Virus record (IMG/VR): IMGVR_UViG_3300020451_002055
Length of the DNA stretch: 64,000 nucleotides
Direction: 5' to 3' (one strand)
DNA from: a virus
Taxonomy: Duplodnaviria > Heunggongvirae > Uroviricota > Caudoviricetes
The notes beneath the pieces are model-generated. The model saw nothing but the letters and a program-made list of their open reading frames with translations, was not told the origin of the DNA and ran no database searches. Of the stretch, positions 17,691 through 27,095 are shown piece after piece (the stretch's first letter is position 1; each line of letters begins with the position of its first letter). The translations under genes and the position numbers were made by a program.

Positions 17691-18824
17691 TTAAGATTGC
17701 TGAGCCACCCTCTTATGCGTTTGAGACTGAATGATTGCTCTTACAACGAATGCTTCAAACATAGTCTGAGGACTCAGATTCAAAGCAATGCCTCTACTGG
17801 CTTCTGCGATGTATTCGAACATCTCGACCAATAGCTGAGCCTTGTCATTACCAGGCAAACTATTGAGTTGGTGAACATATCGCTTTTTCTCATCGTCTGT
17901 AAGATACAGCAGTCCCTTAGTGGATGGACAGGTTTTGATGATCAACAAGTTCCTGATATGACCAACAAGGCCATCTAGAACCTCCCCGACATCGCGTCCA
18001 TCCGCTATCATTAGATCGATGATACGCATTGCGTCTCCCGCGTCGGGCTTCACAATAGCATCGACCAACTCGAAGTAATGGCTTTCGTCTACTGCAGATA
18101 GTGCCTGCTTAGCTATATCTGCAGTTATCTCCTCGCCAGAGGTAAACGTGATCAGCATTTGAAGGTTTTGCAGAGCATTCCGCAAAGAGCCCTTGGACTT
18201 TCTGGCGGCTACTTTGAGGGCTTTTTCCTCATATTTGAGGCCTTCTGCGTCTGCAACCATCTTGAGATGCTGATGGATTAGATTCCATGCGATCTTATTG
18301 AATCTGAGCGAAAGACAACGGCTATGGATAGTATCTTTGAGCTTGTCTGCATCAGTGGTGCAAAGAATGAAGATGCAGTTCTCAGGCGGTTCCTCGATCA
18401 TCTTTAGAGCAGCCTCAGCAGCGGCTCCGGTCAACCTATGAGCCTCATCGATAATCACGAACCTACGACGACATTCGATAGGGTTGTATTGAATCGATTG
18501 CTTCAGTTCTCGAATGTCATCGATACTACGAGTAGCAGCGGCATCAAGCTCTTTGACATCCGGATGCTTGCCCGTGAATATCTTCTGAACGATCTCGTTG
18601 TCGAGGTCTGGTTCCAGAGAGGCCCCATCAGGGTTATTGACAGATGCCGCAAAGATGCGAGCCGTACTCGTCTTGCCGCACCCAAACTTGCCCGCGAAAA
18701 TATAGGCATGATGGAACTTGTTGTTCTTGATCGAGTTGGTCAAGACCTGTCGAACGTGGTCCTGCCCCACAAGGTCGCCAATCTTCTTCGGTCGATATTT
18801 GAGCGCGAGTGCGTCTTTACTCAT
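17691..18824 (-). CDS. dnaX: DNA polymerase III clamp-loader ATPase, gamma-length
   Basis: LALKYRP, GKFGCGKTS, IIDEAH, KMIEEPP, TIHSRC, GSLRNAL. Confidence 0.95.
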   Translation of the reverse strand: MSKDALALKYRPKKIGDLVGQDHVRQVLTNSIKNNKFHHAYIFAGKFGCGKTSTARIFAASVNNPDGASLEPDLDNEIVQKIFTGKHPDVKELDAAATRSIDDIRELKQSIQYNPIECRRRFVIIDEAHRLTGAAAEAALKMIEEPPENCIFILCTTDADKLKDTIHSRCLSLRFNKIAWNLIHQHLKMVADAEGLKYEEKALKVAARKSKGSLRNALQNLQMLITFTSGEEITADIAKQALSAVDESHYFELVDAIVKPDAGDAMRIIDLMIADGRDVGEVLDGLVGHIRNLLIIKTCPSTKGLLYLTDDEKKRYVHQLNSLPGNDKAQLLVEMFEYIAEASRGIALNLSPQTMFEAFVVRAIIQSQTHKRVAQQS

Positions 18825-19539
18825 CAGGTGTCCTTATTGCTAGTTCAACAGATTCTCGCAACGAAGCGATGCGAGCGTCTGCATCCGTATAATCGGCAAG
18901 GTAGTCCTCGATTAGCGGAGTCAACCACTCAAGAGCGAGTTCCAAACATTCTCGCTTTGTTGCATCAGCAGGAACAACAAGAACCTGATTGCCAAATCTA
19001 CTCCAATCGCAGTAGTCAAGGGCGACTTCGCTCGAATGAGCATCGCCTTGAGATACATCTCTCATGAGACGTATGATGTACCCATTGCGATTGATCCAAG
19101 GATCAAGTTCAGAAGGGAAACGCATGTCAGGCAGTAAGGCAAAATCAACATCGGCTGCCCGAATAGCCCTAAAACATGCATTGACCCATATCTTGTCATC
19201 GAAGAAGTTACGCATGATGTCCGTTCCGAACACCTGCATTATTTCCCTACCCGACATCGGGCCACTTCTTGCCTCGTTAGAACCAGGCTTTGCATTAGCT
19301 CGACGAATCTCATACGGGAGGCTATCCCATACATAGTCCGTCAGCGCATTTTTCTCTTTGTCTGAGCCCCAAACGCTGCTGCGATCGAGACCCATACCTT
19401 CAACAAGAAACTTTTTGAGTTGATCAGCGAATGTAAAGTATTCAACCTGACCAGCGGCTTGAAATATAGGATTGAGATAGCTAACTAGAGTGTCTTTGCC
19501 GCTCTGTTTCTTGCCGGAAACAGCAAGCATGAACGACAT
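18817..19539 (-). CDS. Deoxynucleoside monophosphate kinase
   Basis: SGKKQSGKDT, FADQLK, REIMQVFGTD, DMRFPSE, HSSE. Confidence 0.85.
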   Translation of the reverse strand: MSFMLAVSGKKQSGKDTLVSYLNPIFQAAGQVEYFTFADQLKKFLVEGMGLDRSSVWGSDKEKNALTDYVWDSLPYEIRRANAKPGSNEARSGPMSGREIMQVFGTDIMRNFFDDKIWVNACFRAIRAADVDFALLPDMRFPSELDPWINRNGYIIRLMRDVSQGDAHSSEVALDYCDWSRFGNQVLVVPADATKRECLELALEWLTPLIEDYLADYTDADARIASLRESVELAIRTPDE

Positions 19540-19977
19540 TTATACCACCCTGATGAAGAACTCGGTCTTTCCCTCAAGCAACTCGTGCCCGAGCTTGTTT
19601 ACGATCTCATTCTTGACAGTAGACAAGTAATGAGGGTTGTTCTTGTCCTCATTTACTCCGAGGAGGATACGAACCTCATCATCCTCGCCTACGACCTCCA
19701 TCGAGTAAGCTTCGCCGTTGCGAACAAGCTTCCTCGGGCGACCATCGGTCGTATTGCCGGAATACAGAGACGCATCCGTTACGTTTCCATCATCGTCGAG
19801 GAACTCGACTCCGTAGGCTTCGATGGTTCGGAACTTGTCGTCCGTGGTCAAAGCGTTGGCAAAGTTGAGGTCGCTTACTTGGCTTCGCAAGAACTTCCTT
19901 GCTTCTTCCACACTAGTGAACGTACTCAAAATGGCGGTCTGCCCGTATTCATCCGTTGATAGAACCTGATATCTCAT
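19540..19977 (-). CDS. Hypothetical protein
   Basis: AAGGAG SD; abuts next gene. Confidence 0.7.
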   Translation of the reverse strand: MRYQVLSTDEYGQTAILSTFTSVEEARKFLRSQVSDLNFANALTTDDKFRTIEAYGVEFLDDDGNVTDASLYSGNTTDGRPRKLVRNGEAYSMEVVGEDDEVRILLGVNEDKNNPHYLSTVKNEIVNKLGHELLEGKTEFFIRVV

Positions 19978-20004
19978 CTCTTGCTCCTTCTAGGTAAGGG
20001 ATTC

Positions 20005-20442
20005 TTAGCGAACCCAGTTTACATCGTCGTTTAGAATGTCCGGAATATCCGGGTTGTCCATAAAGTCTACACCCAATGTTCGGATCATGACGGCATACTC
20101 CTTCAAGTCCTTCGGGTTTACTTTGCCCTTGCCTTCGGTCGAGATGGCGTTTAGGGCATCCGCGACTAGGACAGCCTTATGCTTGGTATCAAGCGCTTCA
20201 TAGCTGTTTTGGAAGACATTGATGGTGTAATCCTTGTTGCAAAGGATGCTGACCGGCGGCTTGATCGAAACGACTTCCCAAATCGGCTTTGAGGCATCCT
20301 TACGATCTTTATTCGTTACTGCAAACGCAGCAATCCGATTCAACTCAATACCGCCGAAAACCTCGGGATAACGATCAACCAACTGATCGGCGATATGCAG
20401 AAACTCTGGCAACTCTTCGTAGTTTGGTGCAACCTGCGGCAT
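20005..20442 (-). CDS. Putative phage metallopeptidase homologue lacking HExxH
   Basis: DYTINV...L....KAVLVADALNAI...PKDLKEY..MIRTLG parallels the family pattern ALVDHELxH...HDVEEF..IVxRYG. Confidence 0.55.
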   Translation of the reverse strand: MPQVAPNYEELPEFLHIADQLVDRYPEVFGGIELNRIAAFAVTNKDRKDASKPIWEVVSIKPPVSILCNKDYTINVFQNSYEALDTKHKAVLVADALNAISTEGKGKVNPKDLKEYAVMIRTLGVDFMDNPDIPDILNDDVNWVR

Positions 20443-20679
20443 TTACAACTCCTGTTCTGATCTTCTTTGATCCGTCAGAGACATAAACTCAAACGGAATG
20501 ATGGAATCTTCTACTGCGTCGAATGGTATATCGAACTTATAGACGCTATCGGCTTCTACATCAGCAACTTCAACCGTAACACAATCATCTGATCGAGAGA
20601 CCTTGATAACCGCATCATGGTTCTCGCTAAAAAAACGTCCTGCCCGAAAACCCCTGATTTCATTCTTCTGCGTCATCAA
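20443..20679 (-). CDS. Hypothetical protein
   Basis: GGAG SD; in operon. Confidence 0.6.
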   Translation of the reverse strand: MMTQKNEIRGFRAGRFFSENHDAVIKVSRSDDCVTVEVADVEADSVYKFDIPFDAVEDSIIPFEFMSLTDQRRSEQEL

Positions 20680-20950
20680 ACAATCTCCGTTGACCTATCA
20701 GCAAATCAAAAAACTCATCTGTATCAAACTCTGCAAGCTCATCGAAAGAAACCTCTTCATTCAGGATGCGATCGATCTGATTCTGAATGTCATCCTGAGT
20801 TAGAGAGGACATAAGAGCGAACGTAAGCTTCTCTGTGCAGAGAGACAAAAAACGCTTGAGTACCTGCTCTTCTCGCTCGTCCTTCGGATGCCAATGACGC
20901 TTGCGCTTATCAAGGGCTGGATTCAATTCATTTGGACTTTTTTGAGCCAC
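20660..20950 (-). CDS. Hypothetical protein
   Basis: Overlaps topA end; in operon. Confidence 0.55.
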   Translation of the reverse strand: MAQKSPNELNPALDKRKRHWHPKDEREEQVLKRFLSLCTEKLTFALMSSLTQDDIQNQIDRILNEEVSFDELAEFDTDEFFDLLIGQRRLFDDAEE

Positions 20951-22979
20951 GCTTCTTACTCGTCTTCTTTGAAGTCTTCTTCTTAGAGGACTTCTTCTTG
21001 GTCCATTTCTTAGTCTTCTTTTCTATCGGAGAGCCAGCTTCGTCGCGCATACCTCTGCACTTGGGAAACTTGCTGCAGCCATAGAAAACTCCGAACTTGC
21101 TCTGACGCTTGATCATCTGCTCGCCGCAATCAGGACAAGGGTCTTTGCCATACTCTTTGGGCTTAGGAGGCTTCTTTGCTTCGGGCTTGCCGTCTTCTCC
21201 GACGTTGGCCGTAAAGCCGCATCCTTTTCGATCCTCGCATGCGAAAAACGAACCGTATGAACCATGCTTCATAAGCAATGGCTTGCCGCAGTCTGGACAG
21301 TTGATACCCGTTTGTTGAAGCTTGTCTTTGATCTGTTTCGCTGCTTCAATATCTTTTAGTAGTCGCGTATAGAAGTTGTGCAGCACGTTCTCTTTGGTCA
21401 ACTTCGATTCAGCAACAAGGTCGAGGTCGCCTTCCATGGATGCCGTAAACGCCAGGTCGATGAAACAGAAGTTAGCTTTCTTCAAGAACTCAACAACATC
21501 AATACCAAGATCAGTTCCCTGAAAGCTCTTGGCCTTCATCTCGATGTAGCCTCGATCTTTGAGCGTTCTGGTAATCGACTCAAACGTAGAAGGTCTGCCG
21601 ATACCTTCTTTCTCAAGCGTCTTGACAAATGAGGCAGACGAATACCTCGGAGGAGGCTGCGTAAATTTCTGCTCCGAATCAACATCTATGATATCGAACT
21701 TGTCTTTCTCCGCGATAAGCGGAAGAAGAACGTCTCCCGATCCGCCGTAAGACCATACCTTTCGGAACCCGTCAAATAACATACGAGAACCGCGAGCTTC
21801 AAGCTTGTATTTCTTGACATCAAACTGAGCAACAATGCGTTCAGTCTGGCAGTCGGTCATCTGACAAGATACCGCTCTCTGCCAGATCATTTCGTACAAT
21901 CGCTTCTGATCAGAGTCCGCTCCGGCGCTGAGCTTGTTGACATCAGTAGGCCGGATGGCTTCGTGACCTTCCTGAGCGTTCTTGGCTGTCGTCTTGAAAA
22001 AGTTGGGGCTCGCTGTCTGATAGGGCTGAGCGAAGGTCGCAGAGATGTAAGACCTGATGTCTTTGAGGCCTTCTTTGGAAAGCTTGACAGAATCAGTACG
22101 ATGATAAGTGATATCACCGCTCTCATAGAGTTTCTGAGCAGCTTTCATGCATCGATTCTGAGTCATACCCAAGAAAGTAGATGCCGACTGCTGAAGCGTC
22201 GAGGTAGTAAACGGGGGATACGCTCTGCTGTTCTGAGTCTTTACATCATGCTTCGAGCAAACCGCTATCTGCTTTTCAATATCCTTGACAATCTTCTCGG
22301 CTGAAGCCTGATTTTTGATTGTCATCTTGTCAGGATCAATGAGAGAAGCGATAAACTTGTCTTTCTTCGCGGTAAGAAGTTCTGCTTTGATCTCCCAATA
22401 TTCTTCGGGTACGAATTTCTTGATCTCTTGCTCTCGCTCAGCAATAAGACGAAGAGCAGCAGACTGAACTCGACCTACAGACGTTCCGCCAGTCGCAGTC
22501 TTCGTTAGGTACGAACATTTGTAGCCGACGACTCTATCAAGAATGCGACGAGCTTCATAGCTATGAACCAGATCCATGTCAACGGTAGATGCCGATTTCA
22601 TGGCTGATTCAATCGCGCTCTTGGTTAGACTGTTAGTTGCGGCTCTCTTGACTTTAACAGACTTGGGCAGGTAGTTGGCAATATGCCAAGCTATCGCTTC
22701 GCCCTCTCGATCAGGGTCGGTCATCAGATATGTAATCTGATGTTTTTGAGCTTCTGCAACCAGATCAGAAACAAGTTCTTTCTTGTCATCCATGATCTGA
22801 TAGTTAGGATCAAACTCATAGACTCCGCTTTTGTCTTTCTTGATCTTTACATTGATGCCCTTGGAAGGCAGGTCGATGCAATGGCCCTTGGTGGCTACGA
22901 TCTTGTAGTCTTTACCAAGTAGGGCTGCATACTTCTTGATCTTACCCGGACCCTCAATGACGACGAGATATTTTGCCAT
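20928..22979 (-). CDS. topA: Type IA DNA topoisomerase I with two Zn ribbons and Lys-rich tail
   Basis: TKGH, TDPDREGE, RRILDR, SVGRVQS, ITYHRTDS, QEGHEAIRPT, GIGRPST. Confidence 0.97.
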   Translation of the reverse strand: MAKYLVVIEGPGKIKKYAALLGKDYKIVATKGHCIDLPSKGINVKIKKDKSGVYEFDPNYQIMDDKKELVSDLVAEAQKHQITYLMTDPDREGEAIAWHIANYLPKSVKVKRAATNSLTKSAIESAMKSASTVDMDLVHSYEARRILDRVVGYKCSYLTKTATGGTSVGRVQSAALRLIAEREQEIKKFVPEEYWEIKAELLTAKKDKFIASLIDPDKMTIKNQASAEKIVKDIEKQIAVCSKHDVKTQNSRAYPPFTTSTLQQSASTFLGMTQNRCMKAAQKLYESGDITYHRTDSVKLSKEGLKDIRSYISATFAQPYQTASPNFFKTTAKNAQEGHEAIRPTDVNKLSAGADSDQKRLYEMIWQRAVSCQMTDCQTERIVAQFDVKKYKLEARGSRMLFDGFRKVWSYGGSGDVLLPLIAEKDKFDIIDVDSEQKFTQPPPRYSSASFVKTLEKEGIGRPSTFESITRTLKDRGYIEMKAKSFQGTDLGIDVVEFLKKANFCFIDLAFTASMEGDLDLVAESKLTKENVLHNFYTRLLKDIEAAKQIKDKLQQTGINCPDCGKPLLMKHGSYGSFFACEDRKGCGFTANVGEDGKPEAKKPPKPKEYGKDPCPDCGEQMIKRQSKFGVFYGCSKFPKCRGMRDEAGSPIEKKTKKWTKKKSSKKKTSKKTSKKRGSKKSK

Positions 22980-23866
22980 TAGCCGAATACATCCTGTTTA
23001 GCCGCACGTGAAATAGGTTCTAACTCTTCAACTGCAATATCGGCATACTCTGTATTGAGTTCTATTCCGACACCATGACAACCAAAGCGCATAGCAGCTT
23101 CAATTGTAGTTCCGCTGCCCAAGAATGGATCAAGAACTATAGAGTCTCGATCGCAGGTCGCCCGAATGCATGGTTCTATCAGCTTGATCGGATATGGAGC
23201 AAAATGTGCAGCTTTGGTTCCTTGAGTAGCTATGTCCCATACCGATCGACGGTTTCTCATTGGAGATACCGGAACCGTCATGTCTCTATCTGCATCGTTG
23301 CGGCTTTCATCGTTTTTCTTGTTGCCGCCCGGAACTCTACCTGCGGAAATCGAAGGTACCTGAATAGCTTTTTCGTCAAAGCGATAGGTTTTTGACTTCG
23401 ATAGTAGAAATAGGTATTCATGAGATCCATCGCAACGACCCTTGGCATTCTCAGGTCTAGCATTAGTCTTATTCCAAATGATGTCCTGTCTTAGATACCA
23501 GCCGTCTTCACGCAACGCAAAAGCAAGCTGCCAGGGAATACCTAGCATGTCTTTGATCTTGTATTTGTTCTTAGAGTTCTTTGGTCGCTTATTACTCGTC
23601 ATATAGGTATCAGCTATGTTTATCCATAGCGTGCCATCATCTCGAAGAACATCTCGGACCCGAGAAAATACATCAACAAGCTGTTCAATGAATAGCTCTG
23701 GCGTATCTTCTTGACCTATCTGATCATCATGGTCATAGTCTCTGAGACGGAAATACGGAGGCGATGTAATACAAGTCTGAACGATCCCATTGGGCAACTG
23801 ATCCAAAACACCGCGGGCATCGCCGACATATATTTTTGAGTTATAGCCCGTCCAATACGGCTTCAT
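22979..23866 (-). CDS. N4-C/N6-A DNA methyltransferase (beta class)
   Basis: TSPPY precedes DPFLGSGTT; HFAPYP. Start placed at ATG 23866 because GTG 23911 lies inside a terminator hairpin. Confidence 0.92.
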   Translation of the reverse strand: MKPYWTGYNSKIYVGDARGVLDQLPNGIVQTCITSPPYFRLRDYDHDDQIGQEDTPELFIEQLVDVFSRVRDVLRDDGTLWINIADTYMTSNKRPKNSKNKYKIKDMLGIPWQLAFALREDGWYLRQDIIWNKTNARPENAKGRCDGSHEYLFLLSKSKTYRFDEKAIQVPSISAGRVPGGNKKNDESRNDADRDMTVPVSPMRNRRSVWDIATQGTKAAHFAPYPIKLIEPCIRATCDRDSIVLDPFLGSGTTIEAAMRFGCHGVGIELNTEYADIAVEELEPISRAAKQDVFG

Positions 23867-23884
23867 TAGAGTTCTATCGGCACG

Positions 23885-23920
23885 AAAAGAGGGGCGCAGC
23901 AGTGAAGCCACGCCCCTTCT
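23885..23920 (-). terminator. Intrinsic terminator after DUF3892-like gene
   Basis: AGAAGGGGCG...CGCCCCUCUUUU. Confidence 0.65.
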
Positions 23921-23940
23921 CTCCTTCTCCGCTAAAAGAA

Positions 23941-24168
23941 TCAGCGATCGCTTTCGAGAGTGATCGGCAAATCCTGCAAGCTGCGCTTCGTGGTTGACTG
24001 GATGTATGCGCTGGTGGGGCCGTTGACGACGCGGACGCCTGAAATCTGTCCTCGTCGCGCGAGACGGACAGCCTGATCGCGAGTGACCCTCTTTCCGCCA
24101 GTGATAATGTAACCTACAGTATGACGCTTAGTGTTTAGAATCCTACGATTGATACGAGCAGTAGCCAT
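23941..24168 (-). CDS. DUF3892-like small basic protein
   Basis: Start ATG 24168 after AAGGAG; TRDQAV.LA..GQISGV.V....AYIQS....LQDLP. Confidence 0.7.
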   Translation of the reverse strand: MATARINRRILNTKRHTVGYIITGGKRVTRDQAVRLARRGQISGVRVVNGPTSAYIQSTTKRSLQDLPITLESDR

Positions 24169-24199
24169 GTCTTTCTCCTTTTCGCTAAGTTGTTGCTTC

Positions 24200-24775
24200 T
24201 TACCACTCATAATCATGGTCTTCGCCATGATCATTTTCTTCATCAGAACGTCTAAATGCAAGAGTCATGAGCAAGTTACTGATCTCTTCATTCATGCGTT
24301 CTGTCGCTTCGCTCTTGTCTACCTCTTCATTCAGAGCGTTTCTCATCCTGTCTCTCTGATCATGCAGAAGACTTGATATCTTGTTATCAGCGATCAGTTT
24401 CTTGCCTGCATCAGTAGTGACAAAGTTCGCAATTTCTTCAAGCTCAGTCTCGGAGTAGTTCTGGCTGAAATACTCTTCAAGAAGATGCATGGAATCGCTT
24501 ACTACTTCCGGTAGCATCTTGTCATAGATAACTTGCTGAGCTTCGTATATTTCCATCCTAGCTCGGAAGATAATGCCTTTGAAAGCCCTAAGAAAGTCTT
24601 GAGGAATCTCCTCATTCATTCCGAGCGGATTCAGGGAATGATAATGAGTATCGATACTCTTGCTGACTTCAGACATCAGTTCTTCCTCAGAAAAGGATTG
24701 GGGACGCATGGACTCATCCATCGCATCTCTGAACTTCGATCCGATAGCGATTGCGATTCTTCGTTCGTTGTTCAT
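24200..24775 (-). CDS. DUF2059-like helical protein
   Basis: YSETELEEIANFVTTDAGKKL. Confidence 0.6.
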   Translation of the reverse strand: MNNERRIAIAIGSKFRDAMDESMRPQSFSEEELMSEVSKSIDTHYHSLNPLGMNEEIPQDFLRAFKGIIFRARMEIYEAQQVIYDKMLPEVVSDSMHLLEEYFSQNYSETELEEIANFVTTDAGKKLIADNKISSLLHDQRDRMRNALNEEVDKSEATERMNEEISNLLMTLAFRRSDEENDHGEDHDYEW

Positions 24776-25164
24776 CTTCCGTACTTCTCTTTCGCTCTTG
24801 CGTATTCTTCCCTCGTTTGACCAAGACCGCAGTAGCCGCTAGAGATTCCTGCTATTTGACACCAAGCTCGAAGTCGAGACATCGGGTCATGATTGCCGTC
24901 ATCATAGAGAAGCGGATCCATCAGTACCCAAGAGCGAGGGGAAAGCAATCCGTTGACCTGAAGCCTCTTGTAGGCCATTTCAAGGATGTAAGGGGGAACG
25001 TCTATTTCTCGCGCAAAATCATGGAGCTTATTGTTCGTGCCGCGAACAAAGGCAAGAACTATGGCAACGCCAAAGCCCCCATCCTTGTCATCCGCCGAAC
25101 GGTAGCCTGCGTTCCAATCATCTCCGCAAACATACTTTACGACATTCTCGTATTCGGGCTTCAT
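24772..25164 (-). CDS. Hypothetical protein (possible HTH)
   Basis: GAGG SD, ATGA overlap. Confidence 0.65.
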   Translation of the reverse strand: MKPEYENVVKYVCGDDWNAGYRSADDKDGGFGVAIVLAFVRGTNNKLHDFAREIDVPPYILEMAYKRLQVNGLLSPRSWVLMDPLLYDDGNHDPMSRLRAWCQIAGISSGYCGLGQTREEYARAKEKYGR

Positions 25165-25186
25165 AGCTTCCTCTTACAAAAGGGAT

Positions 25187-25600
25187 TCAGTCGTTCGAGC
25201 CAGCAATCTTGAGATTATTGATCGCCTCAGACTCAGCGGCATCCGGAACATAAATCTCCGGCTGAGACGCCTTCTGCTGAGCCTCTCGCTGCTGGTTCTC
25301 CAACTGCTCAACAAACTGATTGAGCTTCTCGGGATATGCATTGACGGCATCGGCTGCGTTCTCCGCCTCGATCGGGAATCGAAGTTCATTCGGAATCGCC
25401 GCTATCGGTCTGCCGTCCGGACCGGGAATGCCCGACATGATCGTCGCAACGCCTGCGAAAATAGTCAAGGGCTCTTCAATGTTCTGCTCGGCGGCGACCT
25501 CGGGAGTAATCCGATCGCCAGTCTCCGACTCTATTAGGACCAAAGCCTCGATGCGCTCGCCTTTGGAACCTACAAAACTATCTACTCTTCGAATCAACAT
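25187..25600 (-). CDS. Hypothetical protein
   Basis: Start ATG 25600 after AAGGA. Confidence 0.65.
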   Translation of the reverse strand: MLIRRVDSFVGSKGERIEALVLIESETGDRITPEVAAEQNIEEPLTIFAGVATIMSGIPGPDGRPIAAIPNELRFPIEAENAADAVNAYPEKLNQFVEQLENQQREAQQKASQPEIYVPDAAESEAINNLKIAGSND

Positions 25601-25634
25601 GGTGGTGCGTCCTTTCTTGCAACGTCTATTTGGT

Positions 25635-25657
25635 TTCGGTCTATCGCCGAGCGAACC
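25635..25657 (-). promoter_or_regulatory. Candidate phage-sigma promoter (GGTT-N15-CGAA)
   Basis: ATGGTT CGCTCGGCGATAGAC CGAAAC. Confidence 0.5.
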
Positions 25658-25669
25658 ATCGAGATTCAC

Positions 25670-25990
25670 TCAGAAACATTGACCCTCTTCAATAAGCTCA
25701 TCCGGATATTCATCTTCATCAAAGATGATTCTTTCGTCTGGTATTTCTCTCTGCGGAGGAAGACCTAAATGGTATCGAACCCCTTTACGAAGTTCTTTCC
25801 GACTGTATGGAATCTCAGAATCCTTCAATAAGGTTTCCATCGTGATGCTATCTTCATGAGCAGCAACGAACGAGACTTTCTCTCTAGCTACTTGGACGTA
25901 GTTGATTATGGGGTAAATATCCTCAGTATCGACTATACTCGTAACGCTATCGGGCAACCTCGCGGGTTCGTCTCTTCTTCTCCTAGGCAT
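25670..25990 (-). CDS. Hypothetical protein
   Basis: Start ATG 25990 after CAGGAG. Confidence 0.65.
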   Translation of the reverse strand: MPRRRRDEPARLPDSVTSIVDTEDIYPIINYVQVAREKVSFVAAHEDSITMETLLKDSEIPYSRKELRKGVRYHLGLPPQREIPDERIIFDEDEYPDELIEEGQCF

Positions 25991-26034
25991 CTTATTTTGC
26001 TCCTGTGTACATGCAAGAGCCCACCACATACCTA

Positions 26035-26057
26035 TTCGGCAGTAGTGCAAGAGTACC
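26035..26057 (-). promoter_or_regulatory. Candidate phage-sigma promoter (GGTA-N15-CGAAT)
   Basis: ATGGTA CTCTTGCACTACTGC CGAATA. Confidence 0.5.
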
Positions 26058-26127
26058 ATGTACCATTCACGCAAATGAATGGCAGAATGGGAACGTACCC
26101 TTCGTCAAAGGGGTCCGTCCCGTCTAT

Positions 26128-27006
26128 TTATCCACGCCGATTCTTACGAGATCGACGATGCTGGCCGATGCTCTCATTCGAGTCAAGAATCTGCTGTATC
26201 AGATTCGCATCGTATCCTAGATTTTTGGCGTGCCTGCAAATCGCAGAAACGTCCTTCGGAAAGCATTTGCCTCCAAACGGCTTTTCTGACTCCTTGAAGA
26301 CCGCAGTATGCATCGGATTGATACGAGGGTCCATAAGCCATGCTTCACGCATTGCATAGTAATCAACGCCCATTCTTTCGCATAGCTCATTAATCTCATA
26401 ACAGAAAGTAACCTTCAAAGCAAAGAACGTGTTCTCGACATATTTCGTAAGCTCCGCAACAAGGGCTTCGGTCTGATGGTATATCTTAGTAGGCCCAACC
26501 ACTTTGATAAAGAACTCAACGCATTGCTTCGTGTCTTTGGAATCGCCGCCGAAGATGAACCAAGGAGTCTCCTTGACATCTTGATGAAACTTGTATTCGG
26601 TCCAGTATCTTGATTCTCCGCAAAACTCAGGAGAGAAAACAATATTCTTGCCGGTCTCTTCTTTCAGCTTGTCGGTAGTACCTGGCTCAATAGTCGATTT
26701 GATCAGAAACAGAGGAGCATCGATTTCCCGAATAGCCTCTTCAACAAGTCGAGTGTCACATGCCCCATCCTCTTCCCTCGGAGGAGTCGGCAGGCACACC
26801 ACGACAAGATCGCAGCCCTTGGCGTCCTCATATCGATGGCTGAAAGTCTGAGGAGGTCGCCCATCGCTAGGACTTTGATTGGTTACGGGTCCGTTAGACG
26901 CAACTTCCTTATACTTGATATCGACGATAACAAGTTCATAGTGATCAGCAAAGAACTCCTTCATTGCTTTACCAACGTAGCCCTCTCCAATGATGGCGAT
27001 CTTCAT
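26128..27006 (-). CDS. UDP-glucose/GDP-mannose dehydrogenase family, lacking C-terminal domain
   Basis: IIGEGYVG, CLPTP, IKST, FSPEF, ELTKYVEN, FGGKCFPKD. Confidence 0.9.
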   Translation of the reverse strand: MKIAIIGEGYVGKAMKEFFADHYELVIVDIKYKEVASNGPVTNQSPSDGRPPQTFSHRYEDAKGCDLVVVCLPTPPREEDGACDTRLVEEAIREIDAPLFLIKSTIEPGTTDKLKEETGKNIVFSPEFCGESRYWTEYKFHQDVKETPWFIFGGDSKDTKQCVEFFIKVVGPTKIYHQTEALVAELTKYVENTFFALKVTFCYEINELCERMGVDYYAMREAWLMDPRINPMHTAVFKESEKPFGGKCFPKDVSAICRHAKNLGYDANLIQQILDSNESIGQHRRSRKNRRG

Positions 27007-27095
27007 ATGCTCTTTCTCCGGCAAAGGTAGAATCTAGTTTGATACAAAAGTTATCGACATCAAAGCTCCAAAGGCACCAGCGATAGGATAAGCTC

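Noticed and set aside
17691-18824. dnaX tau/gamma frameshift
   Set aside because: The sigma gene starts 12 nt after the stop, so there is no room for a tau extension.
8616-27090. Sigma-28-like CGATA elements (near 8633, 12375, 23878, 27055, 27081)
   Set aside because: The -10-like core recurs but -35 boxes and spacing are inconsistent; not enough to call.
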